NCBI GenBank assembly: GCA_002269645.1
Contig: NIVC01000486.1
Coordinates: forward strand, 390,327 to 454,326
Origin: Macrostomum lignano
Lineage: Eukaryota
Direction of reading: 5' to 3'
DNA length: 64,000 bases
Shown: positions 63,400-64,000 of the stretch, piece by piece
Layout: the number at the start of each line of letters is the position of its first letter
How positions within the stretch are numbered: the first letter of the stretch is position 1
The notes under the pieces: generated by a model
The model's input: the letters and a program-made list of their open reading frames with translations, nothing else
Database searches by the model: none
What the model was told of the DNA's origin: nothing
Made by a program: the position numbers and the translations under genes

Positions 63400-64000
63400 C
63401 ATTGGGATAGGGGTTAGAGAATGGGGGCCTGGAGGAGAGAAGTGTGTACACTGGGATAGGGGTTAGAGAATGGGGGCCTGGAGGAGAGAAGTGTGTACAT
63501 TGGGATAGGGGTTAGAGAATGAAGGTCCAAAGAAAGAGAGGTTAATGGTTTAACAGGAGCGTGAATGTGTACCATACACCCAGGATAGTCGTAGAGGTTA
63601 AGAGAATGGTGAAATGATATAGATAGCACACAACGATGCTACAATACTATATTTTCAAAACAATCAATAGATTATTAACATTATTATACGTTTGGAGGAT
63701 TAAAAATTGCACAATTTCAGCTGTTAATTGCAATACTCGTTGTACAATATAGTTATAGTTATAGTTACTTCAGACTTAACTGAATGTGAACACAAAACTA
63801 TGGTATAAAAGCTTACATTAACTGCTACCAATATTAAAACAAGATGGACCATTAAAACTTTGAATCAATGAACAGACTCAAGCCGCATCTATTGACACTA
63901 TCGATGTTAATTTTTAACTGCTACACCCATAGCTCTCCTCGCCGTCTCCGCTGCCGCCGCCGGGCAGAGCCTGCGCAGGCGGGATTCCTGGCCCAGGTCA

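Noticed and set aside
63930-64000. GC-rich possible exon at the window end
   Set aside because: Too short to assign.

Overview
Repeat-dense eukaryotic (animal) genomic DNA. The GC-rich exons, AT-rich and minisatellite-filled GT-AG introns, TTAGGG tracts and flatworm-type neuropeptides suggest a free-living flatworm such as Macrostomum; this is inference. Host genes: a five-exon polo-like kinase (minus), a divergent alpha-SNAP-like gene, an LRRC42-like exon, a single-exon coiled-coil/hydrophobic-hairpin protein, a three-exon GnRH/corazonin-type neuropeptide precursor (QQFHFSHGWKPG-KR plus GHQIFRL and GYHFFRL peptides), and two unassigned minus-strand exons. Mobile or viral DNA: decayed Polinton/adintovirus-like major and minor capsid genes (the major one split by a 306-bp Helitron), a THAP/P-type deletion derivative, a complete Ngaro-type tyrosine-recombinase retrotransposon with split direct repeats, a young 5'-truncated RNase H-bearing LINE, a mariner and several MITEs. 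A nested stack spans 26.3-40.8 kb: a young Gypsy element whose 5' LTR holds a Harbinger derivative, which in turn carries a head-to-tail Helitron dimer containing a satellite array and telomeric repeats. The Gypsy pol ends in about 245 in-frame copies of a 12-bp repeat. All alignments and family calls were made by eye or from memory; no searches were run.
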